From Octopus sinensis (lineage: Eukaryota), in NCBI RefSeq assembly GCF_006345805.1, contig NC_042998.1, positions 52,328,001-52,392,000 on the forward strand: 64,000 bases of DNA, written 5' to 3'. Below the pieces are notes generated by a model. It made no database searches and was not told the origin of the DNA. It worked only from the letters and a program-made list of their open reading frames with translations. The first letter of the stretch is position 1; each line of letters begins with the position of its first letter. The position numbers and the translations under genes are program-made. Positions 52,496 to 64,000 of this stretch are shown here, one piece after another.

Positions 52496-53245
52496 CCTTG
52501 AGAGAAAAGTTGGACCTAAGAAGCATCAGTTGTGGTGTGCAAGAGAGACGTTTGCACTGGTATGGTCATGTATCGAGAATGGATGAAGATAGTTGTGTGA
52601 AAAAGTGCCACACCCTAGCGGTTGAGGGAACCTGTGGAAGAGGTAGACCCAGGAAAGCCTGGGACGAGGTGGTGAAGAACGACCTTCAAACTTTAGGTCT
52701 CACCGAGGAAGTGACCAGAGACCGAGACCTTTGGAAGTATGATGTGCATGGGAAGACCCGGCAGGACAAGTGAGACCATAACCCGTGGCCTCTACCTGGG
52801 ACGTAGCCAGCCCACTTATGCATACCTTTCCTTCTTGTGACAGAAACCCTACTTGTGAAGACCTGTTGAGGCAAGTGAAAATCGAAATCGAAATCGTTCA
52901 ACATCAATGGAAATTGTAGCTGAGATACCAGTGCCGGTGGCACGTAAGAGAACCATCCGAACGTGGCCATTGCTAGCGCCGCCCCAACTGGCCTCCGTGC
53001 CGGTGGCACGTAAAAAGCACCATCCGATCATGGCCGTTTGCCAGCCTCATCTGGCACCTGTGCTGGTGGCACATAAAAAGCACCCACTACACTCTCGGAG
53101 TGGTTGGCATTAGGAGGGGCATCCAGCTGTAGAAACACTGCCAGATCAGACTGGGCCTGGCGCAGCCTTCTGGCTTCCCAGACCCCAGTTGAACCGTCCA
53201 ACCCATGCTAGCATGGAAAACGGACGTTAAACGATGATGATGATA
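52496..53245 (+). mobile_element. RTE LINE 3' fragment (RT C-terminus, 3'UTR, (GAT)n)
   Basis: LREKLDLRSISCGVQERRLHWYGHVSRM...RGRPRKAWDEVV..., homologous to 10335-11361. Confidence 0.9.
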
Positions 53246-54032
53246 TGTATATATATATATATATGTATACATGTACATCTTTTTATATATATATATACAC
53301 ACACACACACACCACACACTTACATAAAGATATGAAATAATAAAAGATATGTTTAGAAAATATAGACAAAGGACAGAGGAGTCAGGAAGTCATACACTGA
53401 ACAAACAAATATTTCACTAGTTATGGAATATAAAGGATGCCAACAAATATAATGAGAAGACATAGCAAAAGGCCAATGACATTATTTAAAGGAGACAAGT
53501 ATACTTAACTATGTTATAAAGTATCATTAAACAGAAGCTAAGAAGCTAAAGCTAAGTAGTAAATCTTAGAAGCATATTAGACACACACACACCCATGTAT
53601 ATATATATAATATATATATATATATCATTGCTATTATGCAAAAGTGCTGTAAGTCAAAATGTTGCTTTTTCAGAAAATGTAAAAACAGTTTCACCGTTCC
53701 ATGTCAAAACCGTTCTACTATACTTTGATCATTTTTGATATCTTGGCATCTGAAGCAGCTGGAGACACGATAGTTTGACCAAAAGAACCGGCTATTGCAA
53801 GCAAAAATAAATATTGAAAACAATGCATTTAGCCAAATTTGAATATACAATAATTCAATGTAATAGCAATGATATATATATATATATATAAATATGACAC
53901 AAAAATAACACCTTTCCTAAAATAATATATTCCTTTTCCAAAAATCAAAGCACCACATGCCACAAATTATAAGAAAAACAGTTTTTTCCAGACCCTTTCA
54001 GGCCTTCCCTAATCCATTTAGCACACTATATA

Positions 54033-55262
54033 TAGGGGTTGGATAAAATAATGGAAACAATTTAAAATTTCAACAAATTTATTTTAATATGCGATGGGAC
54101 AGCTTTTGGCAGTAATTACAGCTCGAATTCTACAAGGTATGGACTCGTACAAAGTTTGAATTGTTTCCAAAGGAATTTTTATCCATTCTTCAGCTAAAAC
54201 AATCTCCAGTTCTTGTAGTGATGATGGTGGAGGATATTGAATCCTTACTTGTTTTTCTAAAATGCACCATAAATGTTCAATAATATTGAGATCTGGGGAC
54301 TTCACTAGAATGTTCCTCATGCCATACAGTAACAACGTTAGCTATGTGAATTGGTGCATTATCACCCCGAAAGATTGTGTTTCCCTCCAGAAACAGTTCC
54401 ACAACTATAGGATGATTTTGATCAGATAAAATGCTTAAATAGACTTGACTATTAATTCTGCCATGAAGGAAAACCATTGGACTGGTGGATTTCCAAAATA
54501 TAGCCCTCTCACCGCCAGATCATCACAGATCCTCTTCCATGTTTAACAGTTGGAAAAAGGCAACCTGGGTCAAATGCTTCTTTTGGCTGCACACGTATAC
54601 TCGGCTGGTGGTTGGAAATGAGGTAAAGAATGACTCGTCCGAGAAAATAATATTCTTCCACTGCTGTAGGGACCAATTTTGTAGGTTTTTACTCCACTCT
54701 AAACGCTTTGCTACGTTTGTTTTAGAAAGTAGTGCTTTTCTGATTGCAAACTTCCATAAGATCTGGCTTTGTGCAGCTCCCGATGAACAGTTTTTGTGGA
54801 AACTGGGTTCTTGAGGTGGTCATTAAACTCTGCAGTAACTTTTCTGATCCTTTCTAACAATTTGCATCAGAGTTTGATGGTCCTTATTTGAAAGTTTTGG
54901 TTTTCTTCTGGTGTTTTGTTTTGACTAGGATGTTTTTCTTTCCTTCTCAAAGGCTGTACTTTCAAGACAGTACTTCTTGATACACCATACATTTCAGCTG
55001 TTTTCATTATGCTAGCATCTACCATATACGAGCATCAACAATTTGACCTCTTTGAAAGTCCGATAGATCTGTCATTTTAATGAATTTTAATTACCCTTTT
55101 CTGATAATATCTGAAAAGAAACAACAATTTTAGCAAAACATTAAGTAACACTAATAATAAATAAAAAAACATAAAAATAAACAAGCTTTTGATGGTTTTA
55201 TAGATATTTCAAAATTATGATGCTATGATGCTAGGTGTTTCCATTGTTTTGTCCAACCCCTG
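54033..55262 (-). mobile_element. Tc1-like transposon with both TIRs and a decayed transposase
   Basis: 27-bp TIRs (c/t)aggggttgga(c/t)aaaa(c/t)aatggaaaca flanked by TA; SPDLNIIEHLW and FRGDNAPIH motifs on - strand. Confidence 0.9.
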
Positions 55263-55282
55263 TACATTCAAACATACGCACG

Positions 55283-55334
<52 letters not shown>

Positions 55335-55559
55335 CATACATGCACAGCTGACCATATCCTGAAAATAAATCTGAAATCTGCTATAGAAATGCAATAGAAC
55401 TTTTGACATAAGAACTCAGCTTTACATTTCAATAAAATTTTTGATACTTGATCCCTTGAACCCCATTGTATAGAAAACATATATAAGAAGAGTCTTTAAG
55501 AGAAAATACCAAAACATATTCTTAACTATGCACAGAATATCAGAACAAACAGTCTTAAT

Positions 55560-56500
55560 TTCCAATTTTACCTCATTTCCTAATTTTTTCTAATTTCTTA
55601 ATCCTTGACTTTGAATTTTTCATTATTTAAGAATGTTTCATTGTGTATAGCAAACGTGAAGCATTTAATTATGTAATAATCAGTAGGAGAGATGTCAGAA
55701 GAATAAGGAAGATGTGCCAAAATTTCATAATTCAGGCTTTGCAACTTGTGGACCGTAGCTTGAGAAGAGTGAGGCCATGCATTATCATGAAGCAAAATTG
55801 GGCCACCTCTATTCACTAATCTGGGTTACTTCTTTTTTAATTTTTCATGCATACAATCAATTTCCTGACATTAGGATGCTGTTACAGTTTTTCCTTGTTG
55901 CAAAAATGAATAAGGAATAACCCCCTTTGTTGACTGCCATACAGTGACCATCAACTTTTTAGGGTGCAATGGTGGTTTTGGGTAATGTTTTGATGACTCT
56001 CCTGCATCAAACCACTGTCCTGTCCTCCTGCTTTTATCAAAGAGTATCCATTTCTCATCGCATGTAATGAGTCGATACACAAATGGTTCCCTTTTCAACC
56101 GAGAAATCAACATGGAATGCATTGTAAGGCGTCTGTTTCTTTGAATCTCTCTAAGTTGATGAGGAACAAACCTATCCATCTTTTTGACTTTTCCAATTTT
56201 CTTCAAGTGTCAAAAAGCAATTGTAGGAGATGTCTGGAGCTCTGATTCGATTTTTTGGACAGTTGTTCTTGGTTTGCATTTAACCAAAGCATTCAATTCA
56301 TTATGCTGAATAACTGATTTTGGTCTCCCTCTTGGTTCATTTTTAAGGCTTTCATTTCCTTGGAACCATCTCTTAACACTTCTAATGTCAACAGAATCAT
56401 TACCACCTGATGATTCGAAGAACTTCCATGGCAGAGTGACCCAACATGTATTTGTACAAGAAAATCACTCAGTATTGTTCAGTTGTCAGTCCTGATATGG
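55560..56500 (-). pseudogene. Decayed mariner transposase
   Basis: FVPHQL (WVPHEL-like), LITCDEKWILFD, LLHDNAWPH, HLPYSSDISPTDY. Confidence 0.85.
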
Positions 56501-56984
56501 ATAAAAAACACAGGTATCATAATAATTGTTATTTATTAGGTTGTCTTACAATAATAGTATTGTCTAGAAAGAAAGAGTTAAGAGTAAACACATGCATATA
56601 TATATAAACTCATTAAAAATCCATTTATAGATGACTCAGAAGAAACCCATTTAAAATATATTTAAAATAACAATTATTATGATACCCATATCAAGACTGA
56701 AAAAATCAGTCTTGTTTGTAAAAATGTTTGAATCTGGATTTGCACCCACTAAGTAAATTTTGATCCCACACTTATGATATAAAAATTTTTTTTCTTTGCA
56801 ATTCTGAACATAAATGTCATTAAACTGACCATTCTTGGTGGTAGGAGTATCTTCAGAGATCATGAACACTACTACCCTTCCTCTGTACACTGCTAATCAA
56901 AAATAAAATGTTTAATCAAATGTTTCATAAGTAAGTAAATAAATAATGTATTTTTGTTCTTAAATGAGGATAAAAACAGAAACT

Positions 56985-57286
56985 AAAATCTCTGGGATCT
57001 GACTATCAATGAACTTTTCAGGTATGGCTCTCAATTGATCGTCTGGCCCTGGGGAACAAATTCTTGATGCACAATACCATATTTCTACAGGTGATGCTTG
57101 TGGCAAGTCTTCCAAATCGCTCATTGTCTTCCAGGAATGTTCTATTTTTGAAGTGCCAGTGCCACTCAAAAAATTGTGTACAATCCATTGCCTTTGGGCA
57201 TATGGTGTAGTGGTTAAGAGCGCAGGCTATTAACCCCAAGATTCTGAGTTTGATTCCAGGCAGTGACCTGAATAATGATATTAATG

Positions 57287-57372
<86 letters not shown>

Positions 57373-57541
57373 AAGTACAAAACCACAACACCAAGTACAA
57401 AATATACAACACTAAGTACAAAACCAAATATATGGCACCCAAGGCATAACACCAACATGAACTTTCAACATGTTGTCCCTTGAGGTCTCTGGATGAGACT
57501 TGGAGCCAGCTTGTGCAAATGTAATGCAAAAGTCAAACATA

Positions 57542-57585
<44 letters not shown>

Positions 57586-57588
57586 GTA

Positions 57589-57638
<50 letters not shown>

Positions 57639-58125
57639 AACAACAACAACAACATCGAAAAATACCTTAGGAATGAGAACCCAGGTTCGAAATTTCCCCA
57701 AGACACCTGATGAAGGCTGGAGGGTATATCAGCCAAAACGTTATGTTAACAATAAATAAGATGAGGACAAATATCCATCAAATGTAAATAATGTACATAA
57801 TTCCCCATCTCTTAAATATAGAACTTCATTGCCTTGTTGCTGTAAACTTGCAATAGCATACTCAATGTCTCTGTAGCAGACTTCCCAAGTTTAATGCGAT
57901 ATTTCATGTTGGCTCTTGGTTCCTGTTTATGACAAAATCGCAGACTACCGCATACAAGTGATCACAAAAACACAAATTTCACATCTTGTGAAGTAAACAC
58001 AGCAATGTCACTTGGCACACTGTCTCATGAAGGTCACTACTAGCCCCCACCATGGATGCAACCATGTGCTGCCATCTGTTGGTGTACTACGGAACTAGCA
58101 TGGGAATTTTTTGATACCACCTTGT
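56985..58125 (-). mobile_element. Mariner 5' fragment split by the 57195-57826 insertion
   Basis: Removing the insert and one TSD restores EPRANMKYRIKLGKSATETLSMLLQVYSNKAM|DCTQFFEWHWHF; TIR-like ggaattttttgataccacc at ~58103-58121. Confidence 0.8.
57195..57826 (+). mobile_element. Composite SINE-like element: tRNA head, (AAT)n, and Penelope-type hammerhead tail
   Basis: 9-bp TSD cattgcctt (57186-57194, 57827-57835); A box 57203-57213; B box 57248-57257; hammerhead motif 57702-57746. Confidence 0.8.
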
Positions 58126-58190
58126 CCACATCCCAACGCCCCAATAATTACTTGTATGTATGCATGTATGTATATATGTATTCATATATG

Positions 58191-58223
<33 letters not shown>

Positions 58224-58929
58224 ATGTATATCTCTGTATCAACTAGACTATGAGATATTGTTATACACCACTAAGCTTCCTCACAATGTTGTAACTCACG
58301 ATGAGCTTCCTATAATTGTCGTAGCTTTCAAATGAGTCCAGTTCCCTGGTTAGGCAGGCAGGTGAACATTCCTTCAGAACAAAATTCCAGTCCCTTGCAG
58401 AGTTACCTGTTTCAAGTCGGGGAATTTTTTGATACCACCTTGCATTAAATCATCATCATCATCATCATTTAACGTCCTTTGTCCATGCTGGCATGGGTTG
58501 GATGGTTTGACCAGGGCTTGTAAGCTGAGGGACTGTACCAAACTCCAATCTGATTTGGCATGGTTTCTATGGCCGGATGCTCTTCCTGATGCTAACCACT
58601 CTGAGAGCAACTACCTTACTTGAAAACAGGTGAGAGCTGGCAACAGGAGAAGTAGCATCCTGTTATAGAAAATCTTCCTTGAATAACTCCATCCGACCCA
58701 TGCAAGCATAAAAAGTGAGCATCAAAAATGATAATGATGATGATAAATAAATTTTTACTTTTAGTTGATATCAGCTTACTAATATTTCTCCAATATATAT
58801 CAAAGCATTTTTATATGTCATTTGGAATAAGTAAGCCTGAGTTATGCTTCACTAAACAAAAACATTTAAAACGCCATCCATAATGAAATACTTTTGTGGT
58901 CATGTATTTTCTTTTAAATGTCTTGCCTG

Positions 58930-58996
<67 letters not shown>

Positions 58997-59272
58997 CATC
59001 AAAAAAGCCTAATGCCATAAATTTTTCAGATTTCAAAGACTTCTCAAATCACTTAACTTTCCCATTAAAAAAATCAAAAAACAATTAAAATTCAGTAAAA
59101 ATAACTGCCGTTCATTCACATCTACATATACATCAGTTTGGTAATGTTAACATGGAAATGAAAGGATATTGAGAATTCAGTGTATACGAACAGACATATT
59201 CTTCAATCTTTCATTCTAATATACATGCATAAACCTATTGGAAGAGGAATAGGCGTGGCTTAGAGGTACAGG

Positions 59273-59428
59273 CATGGCTGTGTGGTAAGAAGCTTGCTTC
59301 CCAACCATATGGTTCTGGATTCAGTTCTACTGCATGTCACCTTGGGAAAGTGTCTTCTATAGCCTCAGGCCAATCAAAGCCTTCTGAATAGATTTGTAAG
59401 ATGGAAACTGAAACAAGCCCACCATACG

Positions 59429-59459
<31 letters not shown>

Positions 59460-59810
59460 TGCGTGTGGCTATGTGTGTATGTGTATGGTGTGTGTGTGTA
59501 TGTGTGGTATGTGTGTGTATGGTGTGTGTGTGTGTATGTGTGTGTATGTGTGGTGTGTGTGTGTGTGTGTATGTGTGGTGTGTGTGTATGTGTATGGTGT
59601 GTGTGTGTGTGTGTGTGTGCATGTATGCATGTCTGTGTTTGTTCCATAACACCATTGCTGGAGCATCTATGTCCCCATAACTTAGTGGGTGAGCTAAAGA
59701 GACTAAGAGAATAAGTATCAGGATTAAAAAAAAAAAACAATTAAGGGCTGAGGTCAATGCAGTTGACTAAAGCATGGCCACAGTCTAATGACTGAAACAG
59801 ATAAAAGATC
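59273..59810 (+). mobile_element. tRNA-derived SINE (OK-like) with ~200 bp of internal (TG)n
   Basis: Head, body and tail homologous to the other copies; partial copies at 27385-27550, 51990-52250 (+) and 2693-2825, 60790-61112 (-). Confidence 0.8.
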
Positions 59811-60035
59811 AAAGATATATGTATGCGTATACAGGTATATGTAAACAAGCATGCAATCGTATATATATATAAGTACACATATGCATACTGTATGTATGTA
59901 TACATACACAGACACAACAGAAGTAAATAGACATCCCATAAAACATCATTTTATGTTTATTCTAACTTGTAATGGTTCATATTTTTTATTAATTGACATT
60001 TTAATGTTTCAGGTTCTGTATGTGACTGTATAATC

Positions 60036-60330
60036 ATGTCATGTACAAAAGAAGCCTTGGAATTGTCTGAATTTCAAAGAGGCCATATTGTGGGTTAAAA
60101 TTGCAGAAAACCTTGGGATCCCATTTTCTGCAGCTAATAGAGAGGGGAAGGAATCCATATAACCTTTCCCAGATCAACCTGGGCCCTATGTCAGGACTCT
60201 TCTCTTTGTTAAGAGAAGTGTGGAGGATAATCCTCATTGCAAGGCCTTTGACATAGCAGAACAAGTTGATGTCAGTCCCAGAACAGCTGTCAGGTATCTC
60301 CGCAAACTTGGCTACTATGGCTGATCCTAA
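60036..60330 (+). pseudogene. Tc1-like transposase N-terminal (HTH) fragment
   Basis: MSCTKEALELSEFQRGHIVG...IAENLGIPFS...IAEQVDVSPRTAVRYLRKLGY, disrupted. Confidence 0.65.
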
Positions 60331-60525
60331 TACTTGATTTGTACTGTATTTTGTTGACCTCAAAAAATAAAAGGTAAAATTCACATCACTGAGATTTGAA
60401 CCTAGAATGTAAAAGAAAGTAACTCCACAGTTTTTCCAATGCACTAATGATTCTGCCAGCTTGCTACCATATAATAATGCAAACACACAAACATGCATGC
60501 ATGCATGCACGCACGCACACGCACG

Positions 60526-60574
<49 letters not shown>

Positions 60575-61176
60575 ACACACATACACATATGGGAAAATAT
60601 AACTTTTTAGAGCATGGAATTTATAATTTAAACATAATTATAGAGTTGTTTCACTAGAATTGTATATGCCTATTACTTAACATCATTAGATGCAAGTTTA
60701 TCTGTACATGCTCTCTCTCCCGCTATCTCTCTGTCTATCTGTCTGTCTGTCTGTCTGTGTCTCTCTCTTGCTGTATATATTTTTTTATCCTTTTATTTGT
60801 TTCAGTTATTTGACTGCAGCCATGCTGGACCACTGCCTTTAGTCGGGCAAATTGACCCCAGGACTTATTCTTTGTAAGCCTAGTACTTATACTATCCATC
60901 TCTTATGCCAAACCACAAAGTTACACCTACGTAAACACACCAACATCAGTTGTGAAACGAGGATGAGGCGACAAACACAGACACACAAACATATACATGC
61001 ACACACACACACACACACACACACTGGGTTTCTTTCAATTTTCGTCTACCAAATCCACTCACAAGGCTTTGGTTGGCCCAAGGCTATAGTAGAAGACACT
61101 TGCCTAAGGTGACATACATATATATATATATGTGTGTGTGTCTGTGTGTGTGTGTATGTATATGTATGTATGTATG

Positions 61177-61208
<32 letters not shown>

Positions 61209-63011
61209 TGTATGTATGTATGCATGTTATATATGACAGTCCAACCTGAGTTTCATCCTTTGCTGTTCAAAATTTATATATAACAAATATATCTCAATCC
61301 AGATCACCCATTATAGGGAATTCTTTATCAGATACATTGTTTGTGCTATGTAAAATATATATTTTACAACTCCTACATTATGATATATGTGTGTATGTAT
61401 GTATATACACACACACACATGTATATGTACATACTTAGTTTTGTCTATCTATTCATCTAGCCACACACACATGCTAATCTTTAAGAAGAATACGGTTGAC
61501 AGTGACTTTGGAGTGTTGACCTGCTTTGCCAAAGAAAGGAAAGAGTAATCCTTCAATTTAATGTAAACTGGTTTTAATATAACCCAACATAAAAAAAATT
61601 AAAACCTACCTACCTAACTACCTACCTACATATATACATACATACATACATACATGAGTGCAAGCATGTGTATATAGGTACACACACACAGGAACACACA
61701 TACACATGCCTTACAAAACTGACCTTATCCTACCACTTTGAATCCTTCCTGTTTCTCATCCCTCATACCCTCCTACCATCTGTTATCTCTGCAACCTGGG
61801 CAGCCCACATCATTATCATCTTCTTTCTTCATTTAGCTCCCACCCAACATTCTTCTCTTGGCCTAAATATATAAGGGGCTGCATTTGGACCTGCCTTTTC
61901 CCTACCTTCTCAATACATCTCTAGCTTCACCCTTTTATGTTAGTCTTGCATATCGGCTACCTCATCTATACTGTTTTCTCCTCTAGGCACAAGGCTTGAG
62001 ATTTTGGGATAGGGAGCCAGTCAATTAGATCGATACCAGTATGCAACAGGTACTTAAGTTATCGACCCTGAAAGGATGAAAGGCAAAGTCGACCGTGGCA
62101 GAATTTGAACTCAGAATTTAAAGATAGATGAAATACCAATTACTTTACTGCCCACAGGGGGCTACACACAGAGGGGACAAACAAGGACAGACAAATGGAT
62201 TAAGTCGATTACATCGACCCCAGTGCATAACTGGTACTTAATTTATCGATCCCGAAAGGATGAAAGGTAAAGTCGATCTCGGTGGAATTTGAACTCAGAA
62301 CGTAACGGCAGACGAAATACTGCTAAGCATTTCGCCCGGTGTGCTAACATTTCTGCCAGCACACCACCTTCCTACCCCATCTATATTCCTACTCAACAAA
62401 CACCTGCTCTTGCCCTTTTTTTTTTATACCAGTACCTGCCCCAAATATCATCATTAGCATGCCTTCCTGTCATTGTCCTCATCTCATTCATTCACTGCTC
62501 CCTCCTTACATAACTCTATGGAGATGGCATGGTTGCAACTGAAATCACAAGTGTGTCTGCTAAATCTCAGCCATTTAACTTGGGGCTATAAAACAACAGC
62601 TACACAACTGTCAGCACTATAATTATATACAGAGTAAAGATAACTAGAGCATAAACCACACACAATAAACATAGATATTTAGCAAAGCTATTAACGTCCT
62701 TACTTACACTTTATTTATATTCACAGCACTTCAAACATGTGCTGAACAGAACTGAGTAGAATGAATCAACAGCTTAAGATATTTCATCATAAATTAGTCA
62801 ACTGGACTTTCTTCTTATAGTTCTTTTCTACTTTTAACATTTATTATTTAATGTCCCTTTATATACTGAATAAAATTAAAAAGTAAATATCTAGTGAAAA
62901 TATGCTTGTTTCTTGTTATCTGCTTGGAAATTCAAATAACTTACATGTAATAAATGCCATGAATAATTTTCCATGATTGCTTTTGAGGAATCCTGACTCT
63001 CACCTGAATTG

Positions 63012-63746
63012 TACATACATACATGCATACATAAATACATACATAAATGCATACATACATACATACATACATACATACATACATACATACATACATACAT
63101 ACATACATAAATGCATACATACATACATACATACATACATACATACATACATACATACATACATACATACATACATACATACATACATACATACATAAAT
63201 GCATACATACATGCATACATAATACATACATACATACATACATAAATACATACATAAATGCATACATACATACATGCATACATACATACATACATACATA
63301 CATAAATGCATGCATGCATAAATACATACATACATACATACATACATGCATACATACATACATACATACATGCATGCATACATACATACATGCATAAATG
63401 CATGCATACATACATACATACATACATACATACATAATACATATATACACATATGCACACATACATACATACATACATACATACATACATACATACATTC
63501 ATGTATACATACATGTATACATACATAATACATACATAATAGATACATGCATACATAATTACATACATACATACATACACACATAATATATACATACACA
63601 CACATACATACATACATACATACATGCATAGACGCATACATACATACCTACTTACATACATACACACATACACACATACACACACATACACACACACACA
63701 CATACATACATACATACATACATACATACATACATACATACATACA
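63012..63746. repeat. ~735-bp degenerate (CATA)n tract
   Basis: Directly visible; source of the MYVC/HTYI pseudo-ORFs. Confidence 0.95.
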
Positions 63747-64000
63747 TTTTAATTGTTGATGTGGAAAATGACAAATACCTTTGCTTGACTATGAAGGAGT
63801 TTTTCATGGCCATTAGGCCTGCTACAAACAATAGCCAAATCTGCTTCAAACTCCACCATGATATCTTAGTATAACCATACACATTGTATAATATGGTTAT
63901 GGGTGCACTTTACCAGGGTAAAAGATGTGACAGTCAAAGCTGGAATACTTTTGGTCATAGGGCTAACTTGTCAGGGTTGACCTAGGCTAAACAAAAAGCA

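Noticed and set aside
57195-57272. tRNA gene (also the heads at 7793, 8428, 37345, 59273)
   Set aside because: A/B boxes are present but there is no complete cloverleaf or oligo-T terminator, and each continues into a SINE body.
57018-57759. Poly-Asn, poly-Ile and poly-Leu ORFs
   Set aside because: Translations of (AAT)n tracts inside the composite element.
60034-60588. 184-aa ORF on -
   Set aside because: It starts in (TG)n and is the antisense of a Tc1 fragment and an OR-like SINE.
62945-63003. 59-nt exon-like segment on -
   Set aside because: The acceptor is preceded by (TATG)n rather than a pyrimidine tract, and the peptide is unrecognised.
62891-63882. Long ORFs (up to 282 aa) of MYVC/HTYI repeats, and similar YI/CV ORFs throughout the window
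   Set aside because: Translations of (CATA)n, (TA)n and (CA)n microsatellites, which lack stop codons in several frames.

Overview
AT-rich, microsatellite-dense eukaryotic DNA made almost entirely of transposable elements and their remnants. The SINE and RTE-LINE families resemble those of octopus (OK/OR-type tRNA SINEs); this assignment is pattern recognition, not a database hit. No host protein-coding gene, rRNA, true tRNA gene or CRISPR array can be supported, and most ORF-track entries are microsatellite or repeat artefacts. The only long intact coding stretch is the 5'-truncated RTE reverse transcriptase at 9694-10606, which carries a C4HC3 PHD-type finger inside the RT. Other contents: many RTE 3' ends with a ~62-bp VNTR, about 15 tRNA SINEs, Penelope-like (PLE) fragments, Tc1/mariner, pogo, Helitron remnants, MITEs, and a ~5.2/5.7-kb tandem duplication (12855-23841) with a templated-insertion junction. 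Most notable: (i) a TSD-flanked 632-bp composite with a tRNA-derived Pol III head and a hammerhead-bearing 3' tail that matches the 3' end of a Penelope GIY-YIG fragment in the same window, a candidate Penelope-mobilised ribozyme SINE; (ii) four families of minimal hammerhead motifs, two in ~400-bp fold-backs and one with a recurrent non-canonical core; (iii) templated insertions that share a breakpoint inside a mariner TIR.
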